A DNA stretch of 41,313 nucleotides. Origin: a virus. Its lineage: Duplodnaviria > Caudoviricetes. The notes under the pieces are model-generated. The model did not search any database. It saw only the letters and a list, made by a program, of their open reading frames with translations, and had not been told where the DNA came from. The stretch spans positions 1 through 41,313 of IMG/VR virus record IMGVR_UViG_3300048852_000102; one strand, given 5' to 3'. The position numbers and the translations under genes are program-made. Below are positions 18,100 to 28,108 of the stretch, one piece after another; positions within the stretch are counted from its first letter, which is position 1; each line of letters opens with the position of its first letter.

Positions 18100-18906
18100 A
18101 TGATGAACAGATCAGCACTACTGCCGACAGCCTCGCATTTTGACCTCACAACCTCTGAGGGGCGGCAGTACTCACACGCGGCTCTGACAGACTTGTTTTA
18201 CGACATTCAAGGGTTTGTGCGTCCAAAGACATTTCTTGAGTTTGGCGCGTTTGATGCCCATTTCTCGCGAACAATCCGGCATCTGCACCCGGCATCGCGC
18301 GTGATCGCATTCGAAGCAAATCCTTATAACCACAAGCACTTTACATCAGAGCACGACTTCGCCGGAATCGGCATCGAGTACCACCACCTTGCAGTGTCAG
18401 ACAGAGACCACGGCACGATAAGCTTTCAAGTCCAACGCAAGCGCAGTGGTCAGGACGCCTCTCCGATCAAAGGTGATGACAGCCTCCTCAAGCGGAACGT
18501 GAGCGACGCGCATGAGGTCTATCGCGACATTGAATACGAAACCGTCTCAGTGGATGCCGTGACGCTTGACGGCTTCCTGAATGATGCTCAGTTCGGAATG
18601 GATGATTTCTCCGCCTGGATTGATGTGGAAGGCGCGCTGAAGCAAGCGCTTTCGGGCGCGACCCGCACTCTTTCCAGGACGAGAAGCCTTATAGTAGAAG
18701 TCGAAGAAAAGCCCCATTGGGCGGCCCAGTGGCTTGCCTCAGATGTAGACGAATTTCTAATTTCGATTGGCTTTGTGCCGGTCGCAAGAGACTTTGAGTT
18801 CGAACATCAGTACAACATTATATATGTCAAGCCAGAGGTGATAAAGCATTTTGGCTTTAATCAATCGATGGTGAAATACTTTGAGCGGATCGGCAATAAG
18901 CGTTAA
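18100..18906 (+). CDS. FkbM-family SAM methyltransferase (cargo)
   Basis: FLEFGAFDA, VIAFEANP, HLAVSD, VTLD, WIDVEGA, LIVEVE; AT-richer and opposite to the late genes. Confidence 0.88.
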   Translation: MMNRSALLPTASHFDLTTSEGRQYSHAALTDLFYDIQGFVRPKTFLEFGAFDAHFSRTIRHLHPASRVIAFEANPYNHKHFTSEHDFAGIGIEYHHLAVSDRDHGTISFQVQRKRSGQDASPIKGDDSLLKRNVSDAHEVYRDIEYETVSVDAVTLDGFLNDAQFGMDDFSAWIDVEGALKQALSGATRTLSRTRSLIVEVEEKPHWAAQWLASDVDEFLISIGFVPVARDFEFEHQYNIIYVKPEVIKHFGFNQSMVKYFERIGNKR

Positions 18907-18996
18907 GTCGCGCTTGGCGCGGAGCAGCACCGCCCGCGCCCGGCGGCCCGTTATCTGGAGCCTTTCTTTCGCTACCTGCACCATTGAGGTAAGCCG

Positions 18997-19299
18997 ATGA
19001 TCTACCAACAGTATGGGGACAACGCGAGGGCCGAGGCCGACGCGACGGCCGAGCACGCGGTAACATCCGCCTCCCTGCTCGTTGCAAAGGCCGTAGATCA
19101 CATCGACTGCACACTGTCGGTCGCAGTGCGCTCTGGTGCCCCTGAAGCAGTTGCTGAATATCTTACCAAGGAAGCCGAAACCTATGCTGAGGCGAAGGGA
19201 GGCCGGTGGTCCGCTTCCCACGTCTACAGCAAGCCGCTGCCGGCAGATCCGAGCAACGGCTTGCTGTACTCGATCTCAATGCAGAGGCTCGCGGTATAA
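18997..19299 (+). CDS. Hypothetical protein, 100 aa
   Basis: GAGG RBS, ATG start. Confidence 0.45.
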   Translation: MIYQQYGDNARAEADATAEHAVTSASLLVAKAVDHIDCTLSVAVRSGAPEAVAEYLTKEAETYAEAKGGRWSASHVYSKPLPADPSNGLLYSISMQRLAV

Positions 19300-19340
19300 G
19301 CCGTTAAGTGCGGACCGCATATAATACCAGACGCATGCAA

Positions 19341-22166
19341 TCAGCACGTCCCGCCGGTCGCAACATAAACGTTGTTACCGGTGTCGATGCACAGGGCGCC
19401 CTTACGGACACCCGTGGTCGGCAGGCCTGTGGCGTTCACACCGCCGGTCACGACGAGACCGCCGAGGACTTGCACGGGAGAAGCCCCCTGGCCGGACAGG
19501 TTTAGCGGCACGTTCGTGTCGCTGCCAGCGGCGCGCACCACTGGGCCGAAGCCGGCCGAGTTGCCTTGGACCGTGACGTGGTTCGCCAGAGCCCCGCCTG
19601 CATCGAGCAGCCGCAGCGCCGGGCCGCGGCTGTTACCGAGGTCGAGGAAGCCCGTGCCGGACGCCTGAACCCCGGCTGTGATGATGCCTGTGTTCGTGAT
19701 CAGCAACCGGTTGTCGTTGAGGCTCATCAAGTTGTTGCCCGTGTCATAGGCCATGCACGCCGACAGCGCGTTTAGGCAGACCCTCTGCCCTCCACCCGTC
19801 AGCATTGCGTAGGGCATCGAGCCGAGGGTCGTGTTCACGCCAACGAGGTGCGTGCCACCGATCTGGAGGCTGTTTTCGGAACTGGTTGTGTCGTAAAAGG
19901 TGTTGTCGCGGATTAGCTGGGAGCCTTGATAAAGGTGCCCGTTAATCATCCCGTAGGTTAGGCGGGATGCGGTGACATTGCTGGCGGTCGCGGTGGCATT
20001 CTTGTTGAGCGTCGCCGTCCCGCTCGTTGCGTTGACCCGCGTGTTGCTGCCATCAATCGCCGAGACGTAGGTGTAGGCGGGGATGCCGGCACCCGTCAGC
20101 TTGTCACCGACGTGAAGCGTGCCGGTGAACGTGACGCTGTTCGAGCCGTTAGTCGTTGCGATCGTGAGGTTCGACGGCGCGGGCGACTCGCCGGACCAAA
20201 GCTCGCTCGCAGTGATCGGGAAGCCGTGGAACGTGCGGAAGAAGGCCGCGAAAGTTCCGAGGCCGCCGCTCGGCAGATAAGGGCCATTGTAGTTGTTGAC
20301 GTCACCTTCGATCATGTACATCGACTGCGGCCCGACGCCGTCGAGGACAGTAATCGCCGGGTTCATCACCCAGGTGTTGCCGCCGCCCGGGCGAACGAGG
20401 GTGGGCATGTAGAGGGCGGCCTTCTGGCCGTGATTGGTTTGGGGGCCGGCGCCGGTCTGGCTATCGAAGTTGATCACTAGGGCGCTTTCCTGGCGCATGT
20501 TTCCTTGCGTGGTCTTTGACTGGATCAGGTTTTGCGCAAGCTGGATAAAGGTCTGGTCGTTGAGCGGCAGCTTGGGGTCTAGGAAGTTCTCCGGCCCGAT
20601 GCCGACCACAGCGGGGAACGGAATATCGGCCGCGGCGGACTGCTTCGAGGCGTAGCACTGAAGTTGCGGCGAGTAGGTCCCACCCACGTAGCCGGTCCAC
20701 TGCGACGTGTCGCAGACGCCGGCAGCGACCACGCTGTCACTGATCAGCTTTTCCGGCGAAAGTGTCCACTTCTTTGACGTGGTGCGGGTCACCTCGCGGG
20801 CCTCGAAGGCGTTGCGGGCTGCGGGCGTGGCGTTTGCCAGGAACTCGCGGGCGGCGGTCGCGCCCTCCAGGTGTGACGGCACCTGCTCTGCAGGGGTGTT
20901 CAGCCTGCGGGTTTCGGGATCGCGCTGCGTCACCCGGCCGAGCGGGGCGTTGCCGGCGAACAGCTCCAGGGGACGGCTGTTGGCGGCGAAGTTCGCGTCC
21001 GCCACCGCCATTTCGGGCGCCGTCTTGAGTTGCCCGTCGAGGGCGGTTCGAGCGGCCTGAAGGCGGTTCGCCATGACGCCATCCCCGGCCTTGCGAGCCT
21101 CCCGAATGACGTCATCGAGCCGCTCACGGGCTTGGTGTAGCCCGTCGATGGTCAGTTCAGTCTCGCGCACGCCGGACACCGGGTCTGGCCGATTGGTGAA
21201 GAGATCCTGCCGCAGGTTCTCCAGAGCCCGCCGAACGTTTCCCTTCGCCGTTCCGAGCGCGGTGTCGATGACATCGATCGCTGCCTGCGGGTTCACCTGC
21301 CCGAACCTTGGCGCGGAGATTTCCTCCGTGACTGTCGTCGGCACCATGCGAGAGGAGGGGCCGCTCGCCGGCTCCTTCGAGGCCATCACGACGCGCTCGT
21401 AAGCGCTGAGCGGGTCGGACTCGTCACCGCGCATCAGCGCCGCGGCCGCCCGGTCGAGCGTGCCCTTGTCGACCGTCTTAGGGTCGACGCCTGCCTCGGT
21501 CAGCGCGCGGCGAATGTCGGTCGTCGCCTGGCTCGCGGAAGCCTGGAACTCGTCGCGCATCGCGCCAAAACCCGACCGGTCGTCGTGCCCCTGCCAATCC
21601 CACGGATAGGTGCGCCGACCGCGGGCTTCCTGCTCCAGAAGGCCGATCAGCTCGTCGTGGATGTTGCGCTCCATCCCACCGCCGACGTCTGGCGGCAGGT
21701 AGCCTTCCTCAATCAGGCGGGTGCGCCAGAAATTGTCGATCCCCTTGCCGTTCTCCTGCACGAGGTTGGCGACGCCGGGCTGGCGGAAGCGGTCGAGCCC
21801 GGCCGCCTTCACGTCCCCGCGCTCAAGGCCGATGCCGCCATTCTCGGCAATGAAGCGAGCGAGCGACTTCGTGCCCGGCTGGAGGGCCGGCGCCTCCGGT
21901 CGCGTCGGAGCCATCGAGCCGATGGTGTCCGGCCCGCGCGGCGGCGGGTCGTAGCGCAGGCTGGCCGCGCCGCGGATGATGCCGGCGCCGGCCGACTGGA
22001 CGACATCGCCAACCACGGACGGCGGCTTGGAAGCGGGCTTGCCACCCTTCGACGCGGCGCCCTCATCGAACTGGTCGAAGAAATTGCCGCCGCCTGAGGC
22101 CGGGCCGGTCGCGCCGGCAGCCTTCGAGGCCGCCGGCTCATCGAACTGGTCGAAGAAGTTCGCCAT
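19341..22166 (-). pseudogene. Deletion chimera: DNA-ejection protein N-part fused in frame (~20780) to tail-fibre C-part
   Basis: NFFDQFDE twice and charged helical sequence to REVTRT, then an abrupt switch to G/T/N-rich fibre sequence ending ALCIDTGNNVYVATGGTC. Confidence 0.65.
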
Positions 22167-22171
22167 CAGGA

Positions 22172-24040
22172 TCAGGGTCCCGCAAGGATGCTGTCCGGTC
22201 CGTTTTCACGCACCGGGCCGAGGATACGCGCCGAGGCGCCCGCACCATACTTGGCGTCGAACTGGCTGCGGAGGTTCGGGTCGGAGCGAAGGGCGCGGAC
22301 CGCCTGCATTGGGATGCTGACCGGGCCGGTGGGCTCCGCCTTCGCGGTCGGATCAGCCTTCGGCGCCGAGGCACCGCCGCCCTTCTTCGGCATCTCGTAG
22401 GGCTTCACCGTGGAGAACCGCGGCAGCACGTCCTCGGGGTTGATGCCGGCGCGACCGACGATGTCACGATACCGGGCCGTCTCTTGGCCGAGCGCACCCT
22501 CGTAGGCCTGCATCCGCCCGAACGCCTCGGTCATGATGGCGTTGCGGGTTTCGGGTGTCAGCGCCTGTCCGCCATTCAGGCTGTTGATCGACCCGACGAG
22601 CCAGTCGGGCAGCGAGCCGGTGTTCTTCACCATGACCATCTCGCCCTCACGGACCACGGACCCAGGGTCCATGATCTTGCCGAGGCCGTAGACGAGGTTC
22701 AGGTCGGCCGCCTTCGTGTTGCGCGGCGCCGCCTCCACCATCGCTCCGTAGATCGGGAGCGCCTGCTCGTAATTCTTGAACGAGGCGAGCCCCTGGATCT
22801 CGCGCCGGATGCTCTGTGCTTCCTCGCGGCCCTTGCGCTCGTTTTCGACCGTCTTGTCGCGATCCGGCGCCGTGAACAGCGGCTTCCCGTCCGGGCTCAC
22901 GAGGGAGGCACCAGCCGCGACAGTGACCGGCTCCGTGCTCTCACGATCCGGCGCCTGATAGATCACTTGGCCACCAGGTCCCACGAGGGCGCTGCCGGGC
23001 GATACCGTCGTCGGCTTCTCCTGAGCCGTGTAGAGCACCTCGCCCGTGGTCGTGTCGACGAGGTTGTTGCCGACGGTGGCGGTTTTCCGCTTCGCCTGCC
23101 CGATGGGAAGAATCCGCCCGTCTCGGGTGTTCACCCAGGCGGACTGCCCGTTGATCTCCTTGATGTCCCAGCTCTTGTCGCCGCCCTTGAGGAGTTGCCC
23201 GAAGATCTCCCCGGCCATGGCGCGGGTGTTCGGGTTCCGCCACGCGGCGTTGAGCGCGGTCTGAAGCTCCGGCGTCATGCGGGTGGTGCTACCGGCCGGG
23301 AAGCCAGGGAAGGACTGCGACGGCGCGGCGGCAGCGTCACCGCCCTGCGGAACGACGAACCCGGCCGGGCGAGCGCCGGTGGCCGGCAGGTTGGCAGCGT
23401 CCGGCTCGGCCGAAGCGACCTGCGCCGGGGCTTCCGTCGCCGCACCGCCGAGGCGGGCGAGATACTCGCGCGTCGAGCCGAGGCGGGCTGCGAACTCGCC
23501 GCCCGGTCGGTTGTAGCCCGCGAACTTCCAGGCCCGCGCCATCAACTGATTGGCTTCCTCCGGGCTCTTGGCGCTCTGGAGGGCGAGCGTCAGTTCGGGG
23601 CTCTCGGTGAGGGCGAAGGTCGCCTGCGCCGCGACGGGGTCTTTCGCCCCGGCCGTCAAGCGCCGCATGTTCGCGAAGCGGTCACCACGCCACGACAGGA
23701 TGCCGCCCGAGGTGCCGGGCTGGCCACTCTCGCTGGGATCGGACCACGAACCAGCGATGTTGCTGGGCTTGTAGCCGCTCTCCCGGCCGGCATAGGCCGC
23801 CATCGCCGCCAGACCGTAGGGGTTGGTGAGACCACCGGTCTTCAGCGCGTCGATGAAACGCGTCTCGATCTCGCCGCCATTGCCGGGGACGCGCATGGGG
23901 GCGCCACCACCGCCCGCGAACGAGGGGAGCGCGGCGGGAGTGCTGGACGGAGCGGTAGGGGCAACCGGACCGCCCGCAGGCGCACCGAGACCGCTCGCAG
24001 GCACAGCCGCCGCCCCGCCGCCCTTGTACGCGTTCAGGCT
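22172..24040 (-). pseudogene. DNA-ejection protein with phage-tail-lysozyme-like domain, 5' truncated
   Basis: AAMAAYAGRESG...GILSWRGDR lysozyme-like motif, three ~24-aa repeats, DPGSVVREGE, QFDAKYGAGAS; no proper start. Confidence 0.7.
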
Positions 24041-24203
24041 TCGGAGCAGCAGCGGACTCGCCCCCTTCTTCCCCTGGCGTTGCGGCGCCCGTCTCGATCT
24101 CGGCCGTCTGGCCTTCGATCGTCGGGGGCGTCGCGTCCGAGGCTTCGCTACCTGCCGCTGGCGTCTCCGCCTGCGCGCCCAGCACGATCAGATCCTCGTC
24201 CAT
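24040..24203 (-). pseudogene. Scaffolding protein N-terminal fragment
   Basis: Acidic MDEDLIVLGAQAETPAAGSE... at the post-portal position; joined out of frame to the ejection gene; capsid and tail-tube genes are absent. Confidence 0.55.
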
Positions 24204-24218
24204 GTGTCATGGTCCATG

Positions 24219-24251
24219 AAAAAACCCGCCGCGCTTCAGAGCGGGCGGGTT
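24219..24251 (-). terminator. Terminator in the leader of the head operon
   Basis: AACCCGCC-CGCTCTGAAGCGC-GGCGGGTTTTTT. Confidence 0.7.
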
Positions 24252-24375
24252 CGGTGCATCCTCGCGGCCTGGCAGCGGGTCCGCCGGCCTGCGGGATCGG
24301 AGAGGGCGCAACTCGCCCGACGAGGGCGGCGCCGATCAGAATGGTGGGATTGCCGCCGACGGGGCCGTGCCCGCA

Positions 24376-24423
24376 CGTCTCGCGACGGATAGTCCTTGGG
24401 GCAGTTTCGCCTCAGGGGTCAAG
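24376..24423 (-). promoter_or_regulatory. Putative late promoter, copy 2
   Basis: CTTGACCCCTGAGGCGAAAC-N19-CGCGAGACG; near-identical to 34177-34223. Confidence 0.65.
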
Positions 24424-24712
24424 GGGGAGGCCGTTGTTCTTCCCCTGACTCCTTCCTTGAATACGAAGCTCAAGCAGCTTGACCGTATGAAAGTCCGCTA
24501 CGGGTGGAAAGCGGCTGTTGACGGGACGGCTGAAAGCAGACGCTTGTATGCGCTTGGCCGTCGCCAAGGGTTCAATCGAGCGATGGATGGACACCAGGCG
24601 CCGCGGTCGAGCTCACTCATAAGTTTAAGGATTGCGAGATGTCTGAAGCAGATCCTTCGATCGAGACCTCTAAGTGAAAAACAGCTTAGCCGGCGCCACC
24701 ACGAGCAGGGCC

Positions 24713-25060
24713 ATGACGCGATCACCTAACAGGCAATCTGGCAAGCCTCATCGCAAAGCACAGGTTCCTAATAGCGCGGTGGGCGTCAGTGGCGTTCGCG
24801 ATCAAGCTGGGGAGGTCCAGGTTTCGTTGGCATTGCCGGACCTCGAACAGCGTTTGGCGCATGAGCTCGTTCAGGGTCTCGTGCGTTCAGCGACTGCGCG
24901 AGGTGCTGATCCGGTGGCGCGGCTTCAAGAGTTTCGCACACTGCAGCACGCTGCGGCCGCCATGTCGCAAAACTCCGTCGTTGCGCGAACTGCCGAGCAA
25001 CTCGTCCGCGCAACCGACCTAGCCCTGCAAGAACTGCTCACGCGAAGTCGTAGGCAGTAG
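24713..25060 (+). CDS. Hypothetical protein in the cargo cassette
   Basis: Helical 115-aa ORF convergent with the kinase. Confidence 0.45.
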   Translation: MTRSPNRQSGKPHRKAQVPNSAVGVSGVRDQAGEVQVSLALPDLEQRLAHELVQGLVRSATARGADPVARLQEFRTLQHAAAAMSQNSVVARTAEQLVRATDLALQELLTRSRRQ

Positions 25061-25083
25061 GTGCATCGGGAGCGTGCCGGCCC

Positions 25084-27471
25084 TTAATGCTGTCGGGATG
25101 CAAGCCTGAGAGCCTGCAGAGCCTTCGCGATCGTCTGCCTCAGGGTTTCTGGCGTGTAGGGCTTCACAACAAGAGAAGCACGCAGGAAGGCAGCGTCCGA
25201 TCCGACCCCCTTGTCGCCCGATGCCAGCACAACACAGGTTTCTGGCTGACGCGCTCGCACGATCTTTGCGAGTTCCAGGCCTGAGACGCCCGGCAATCCG
25301 ACATCCGTAAGAAGGACGTCCACCACGTCCACCTCCAGCAGCCTGAGAGCTTCTTCCGCGCTGCCTGCTTGCCGAACCCGGCACCCAGCATCGGTCAACA
25401 TCTCTGCCGTCGTACCCCGGATGAGATCGTCGTCTTCAACCAGCAGCACCGTCGCGCCTTGCACCGCGGCGTCTTGATTGGAGAGCTTGGTTTCGGTTCG
25501 AGCAACTGCCTGACGCTGAGCCCGGTTGGCCAGCACATGCCTGATCTTCCTCGCGAGCGCCTCGCGCGTGTAAGGCTTGCCGAGCAGTTCAACGCCGGCA
25601 TCAAGCCGCCCACCATGCACGATGGCGTTCTGCGTGTAGCCAGAGGTGAACAGCACAGCGACATTGGGCAGCCGCTGCTTGGCTTTGCGTGCCAACTCAG
25701 GGCTGCGCAGAGTGCCGGGCATCATCACGTCGGTGAAGATGAGGTCGATAGCTAGGCCGCTCTCGACAATCGCTAACGCACTCGCAGCATCTCTGGCTTT
25801 GAGAACGCGGTAGCCGAGCTCACTCAGCATGGAGACGGCAACCTCGCGAACCTCGTCGTCGTCCTCGACCACCAGGATCGTCTCGTCGCCGCCGCTGATC
25901 TCTACCGAGGGGGCCGCTACGAGAGCGTCCTCGCTCTCCATCGCGCGCGGCAGGTAGAGCTTCACGGTCGTGCCCGCGCCCACCTCGCTGTAGATCTTGA
26001 TGTGTCCGCCGGATTGCTTCACCAGGCCATAGACCATGGCAAGGCCGAGACCTGTACCCTTATCCTCAGGCTTGGTCGTGAAGAATGGCTCGAACACCCG
26101 CTCCAGCGCTTCGGGTGGGATGCCCAGGCCGGTGTCAGTCACCGCAAGCAGCACGTACTGCCCAGGAGTTACGTCGTCCTGACCTCGCGCGTACACGTCA
26201 TCCAGAAAGGCGTTGCTCGCCTCGACGGTGAGGCGGCCGTGGCCGTCCATCGCGTCGCGGGCGTTGATCGCAAGGTTCAGGACAGCGTTCTCGATCTGGT
26301 CGGGATCGACGAGGGTGTTCCACAGACCGCCTGCCACAACGGTCTCGATCTCGACCTCGCCACCGAGCGCGCGGCGAAGCATGTCGTCCATGCCTTGCAC
26401 GAGCCGGCCGATATTCACGACCTTCGGCTCCAGCGGCTGGCGCCGGGCGAAGGCGAGCAGCTGTGAAGCGAGCTTCGCCCCGCGCGCGACCCCGGCCATG
26501 GCACTCTGAACTCGTGTCTCAGCGCGCGGGTTTCCGGCGATATCCTTGCTGAGCAGCTGCAGGTTCCCGCTGATCACCTGAAGCAGGTTGTTGAAGTCAT
26601 GGGCAATTCCGCCCGTGAGCTGACCGACAGCTTCGAGCTTCTGCGAGCGCAGCATGGCCGCGTGAGCCTGCTGCAACGCCTCCTCTGCCCGGCGCCGTTC
26701 ACTGATGTCGCGGGTAACCTTCGCAAACCCAATCAGCTGGCCCGCATCGTCTGGGATCGCATCGATGGTGACATGAGCCCAGAACGTGGTTCCGTCCTTG
26801 CGAACCCGAAGTCCTTCGTTCTCCCACCGGCCCTCACGTGCAGCTGTGCCGAGCCCTTGCTGCGGCAGGCCCGCCTCACGGTCAGCTTGCGTATAGAACT
26901 CTGAGAAGTGACGCCCGATGATCTCGTCTGGCGCGTAACCCTTAATCCGTTGCGCGCCGGCATTCCAGCTTGCGACCTCGCCACGGATGTTTAGCATGTA
27001 GATCGCGTAGTCTTTCACGCCTTGGACCAACAGCCGAAACTGTTGCTCGCTTTCCCGCAGCTTGGCCTCGGCGGTCCTGCGCTCGGTCAGGTCACGCGTG
27101 ATCTTGGCAAACCCGATGAGATTGCCTTCAGGCGAGCGGATTGGGTCGATAATGACGTGCGCCCAGAACTGCGTGCCGTCCTTGCGCACGCGCCACCCCT
27201 CGCGCTCGAAACGCCCGGTCCTGGCGGCCTCATCCAACGCTCGCGCAGGTACTTCGTCCGCACGCTCAGCGTCTGTGTAGAAGGCCGAGAAGTGACGGCC
27301 AATGATCTCGTCGGCCTCGTAGCCCTTGAAGCGTCTGGCGCCCGGGTTCCAGCTCGTTACGTAGCCGTCGCGATCCAGCATGTAGATCGCATAGTCCGTG
27401 ATTGCCTCGACGAGCAGCCTGTAACGGCCATCGGTGCCGTGTGCCGCTTCCAGCCGAATCGGACTTTGCAT
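25084..27471 (-). CDS. Hybrid histidine kinase PAS-PAS-HisKA-HATPase-REC-REC
   Basis: Two DYAIYML..SWN.GA PAS domains, [25 protein letters not shown], two receiver domains; GGGG RBS before ATG 27471. Confidence 0.95.
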   Translation of the reverse strand: MQSPIRLEAAHGTDGRYRLLVEAITDYAIYMLDRDGYVTSWNPGARRFKGYEADEIIGRHFSAFYTDAERADEVPARALDEAARTGRFEREGWRVRKDGTQFWAHVIIDPIRSPEGNLIGFAKITRDLTERRTAEAKLRESEQQFRLLVQGVKDYAIYMLNIRGEVASWNAGAQRIKGYAPDEIIGRHFSEFYTQADREAGLPQQGLGTAAREGRWENEGLRVRKDGTTFWAHVTIDAIPDDAGQLIGFAKVTRDISERRRAEEALQQAHAAMLRSQKLEAVGQLTGGIAHDFNNLLQVISGNLQLLSKDIAGNPRAETRVQSAMAGVARGAKLASQLLAFARRQPLEPKVVNIGRLVQGMDDMLRRALGGEVEIETVVAGGLWNTLVDPDQIENAVLNLAINARDAMDGHGRLTVEASNAFLDDVYARGQDDVTPGQYVLLAVTDTGLGIPPEALERVFEPFFTTKPEDKGTGLGLAMVYGLVKQSGGHIKIYSEVGAGTTVKLYLPRAMESEDALVAAPSVEISGGDETILVVEDDDEVREVAVSMLSELGYRVLKARDAASALAIVESGLAIDLIFTDVMMPGTLRSPELARKAKQRLPNVAVLFTSGYTQNAIVHGGRLDAGVELLGKPYTREALARKIRHVLANRAQRQAVARTETKLSNQDAAVQGATVLLVEDDDLIRGTTAEMLTDAGCRVRQAGSAEEALRLLEVDVVDVLLTDVGLPGVSGLELAKIVRARQPETCVVLASGDKGVGSDAAFLRASLVVKPYTPETLRQTIAKALQALRLASRQH

Positions 27472-27492
27472 AGAACCCCTTTCGCGAGCTCT

Positions 27493-27520
27493 GGGCCAAG
27501 GGCCAAGGGCCAAGGGCCAA
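27493..27520. repeat. Tandem repeat (GGGCCAA)x4
   Basis: Four perfect heptamers 22-49 bp upstream of the kinase start. Confidence 0.9.
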
Positions 27521-27799
27521 GCGTCTCAGCCTAAAGGACGAGAAAAGCAAGCTCGAACGCCGATGATGTGCTGCCGTACATTTCTCCGTATGCGAGGGCA
27601 CCGACTACCCGGAAGATCCTAGGAATATTTATGGCCTGAGCGCAGCTTGCGGAGCCTGAAGCAGATAAACGGTATCCATCAGCCTACGATGACCCGAGGC
27701 GCGTAGGTCTGTAAAGGGTCGAAAGCGGCCCCTCGCACGGCCAATCGATTAGAGTTTGATCCTACGGAATTGGATCGCGCCCGGATCGAAGCAGTGCGT

Positions 27800-27895
27800 T
27801 CAGAGCAGACCGAGCCAGCCGATCAGGAAGATTGCGACGAGCAGGACGATCCCGAGCAAGGCTCCCCGAACCGCGCCCGTTACGCATTGATGCAT
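27800..27895 (-). CDS. 31-aa single-TM peptide (putative)
   Basis: MHQCVTGAVRGALLGIVLLVAIFLIGWLGLL by manual translation. Confidence 0.4.
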   Translation of the reverse strand: MHQCVTGAVRGALLGIVLLVAIFLIGWLGLL

Positions 27896-28108
27896 GATCG
27901 ACAAAGAAGCGTGCGCTGACGCGTTCTCTCGATGCCAGCGATCTATCAACCTCTCGTGCATGGCAGCAGTCAACGGAGTCCGGGAAGGCGATCAGCCGTG
28001 AAAGCTATTCATCCCCTTGCCGAGAGAATAGTGCTGCCCGGCCACATCTTCGGGTACCCGCTTTCGGCGTAAGCGATTACCGCGTCGGCTCGGCAGCCCG
28101 GAAGATCG

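Noticed and set aside
22062-22157. 21-bp direct repeat CTCATCGAACTGGTCGAAGAA
   Set aside because: Explained by the duplicated FFDQFDE peptide of the ejection protein.
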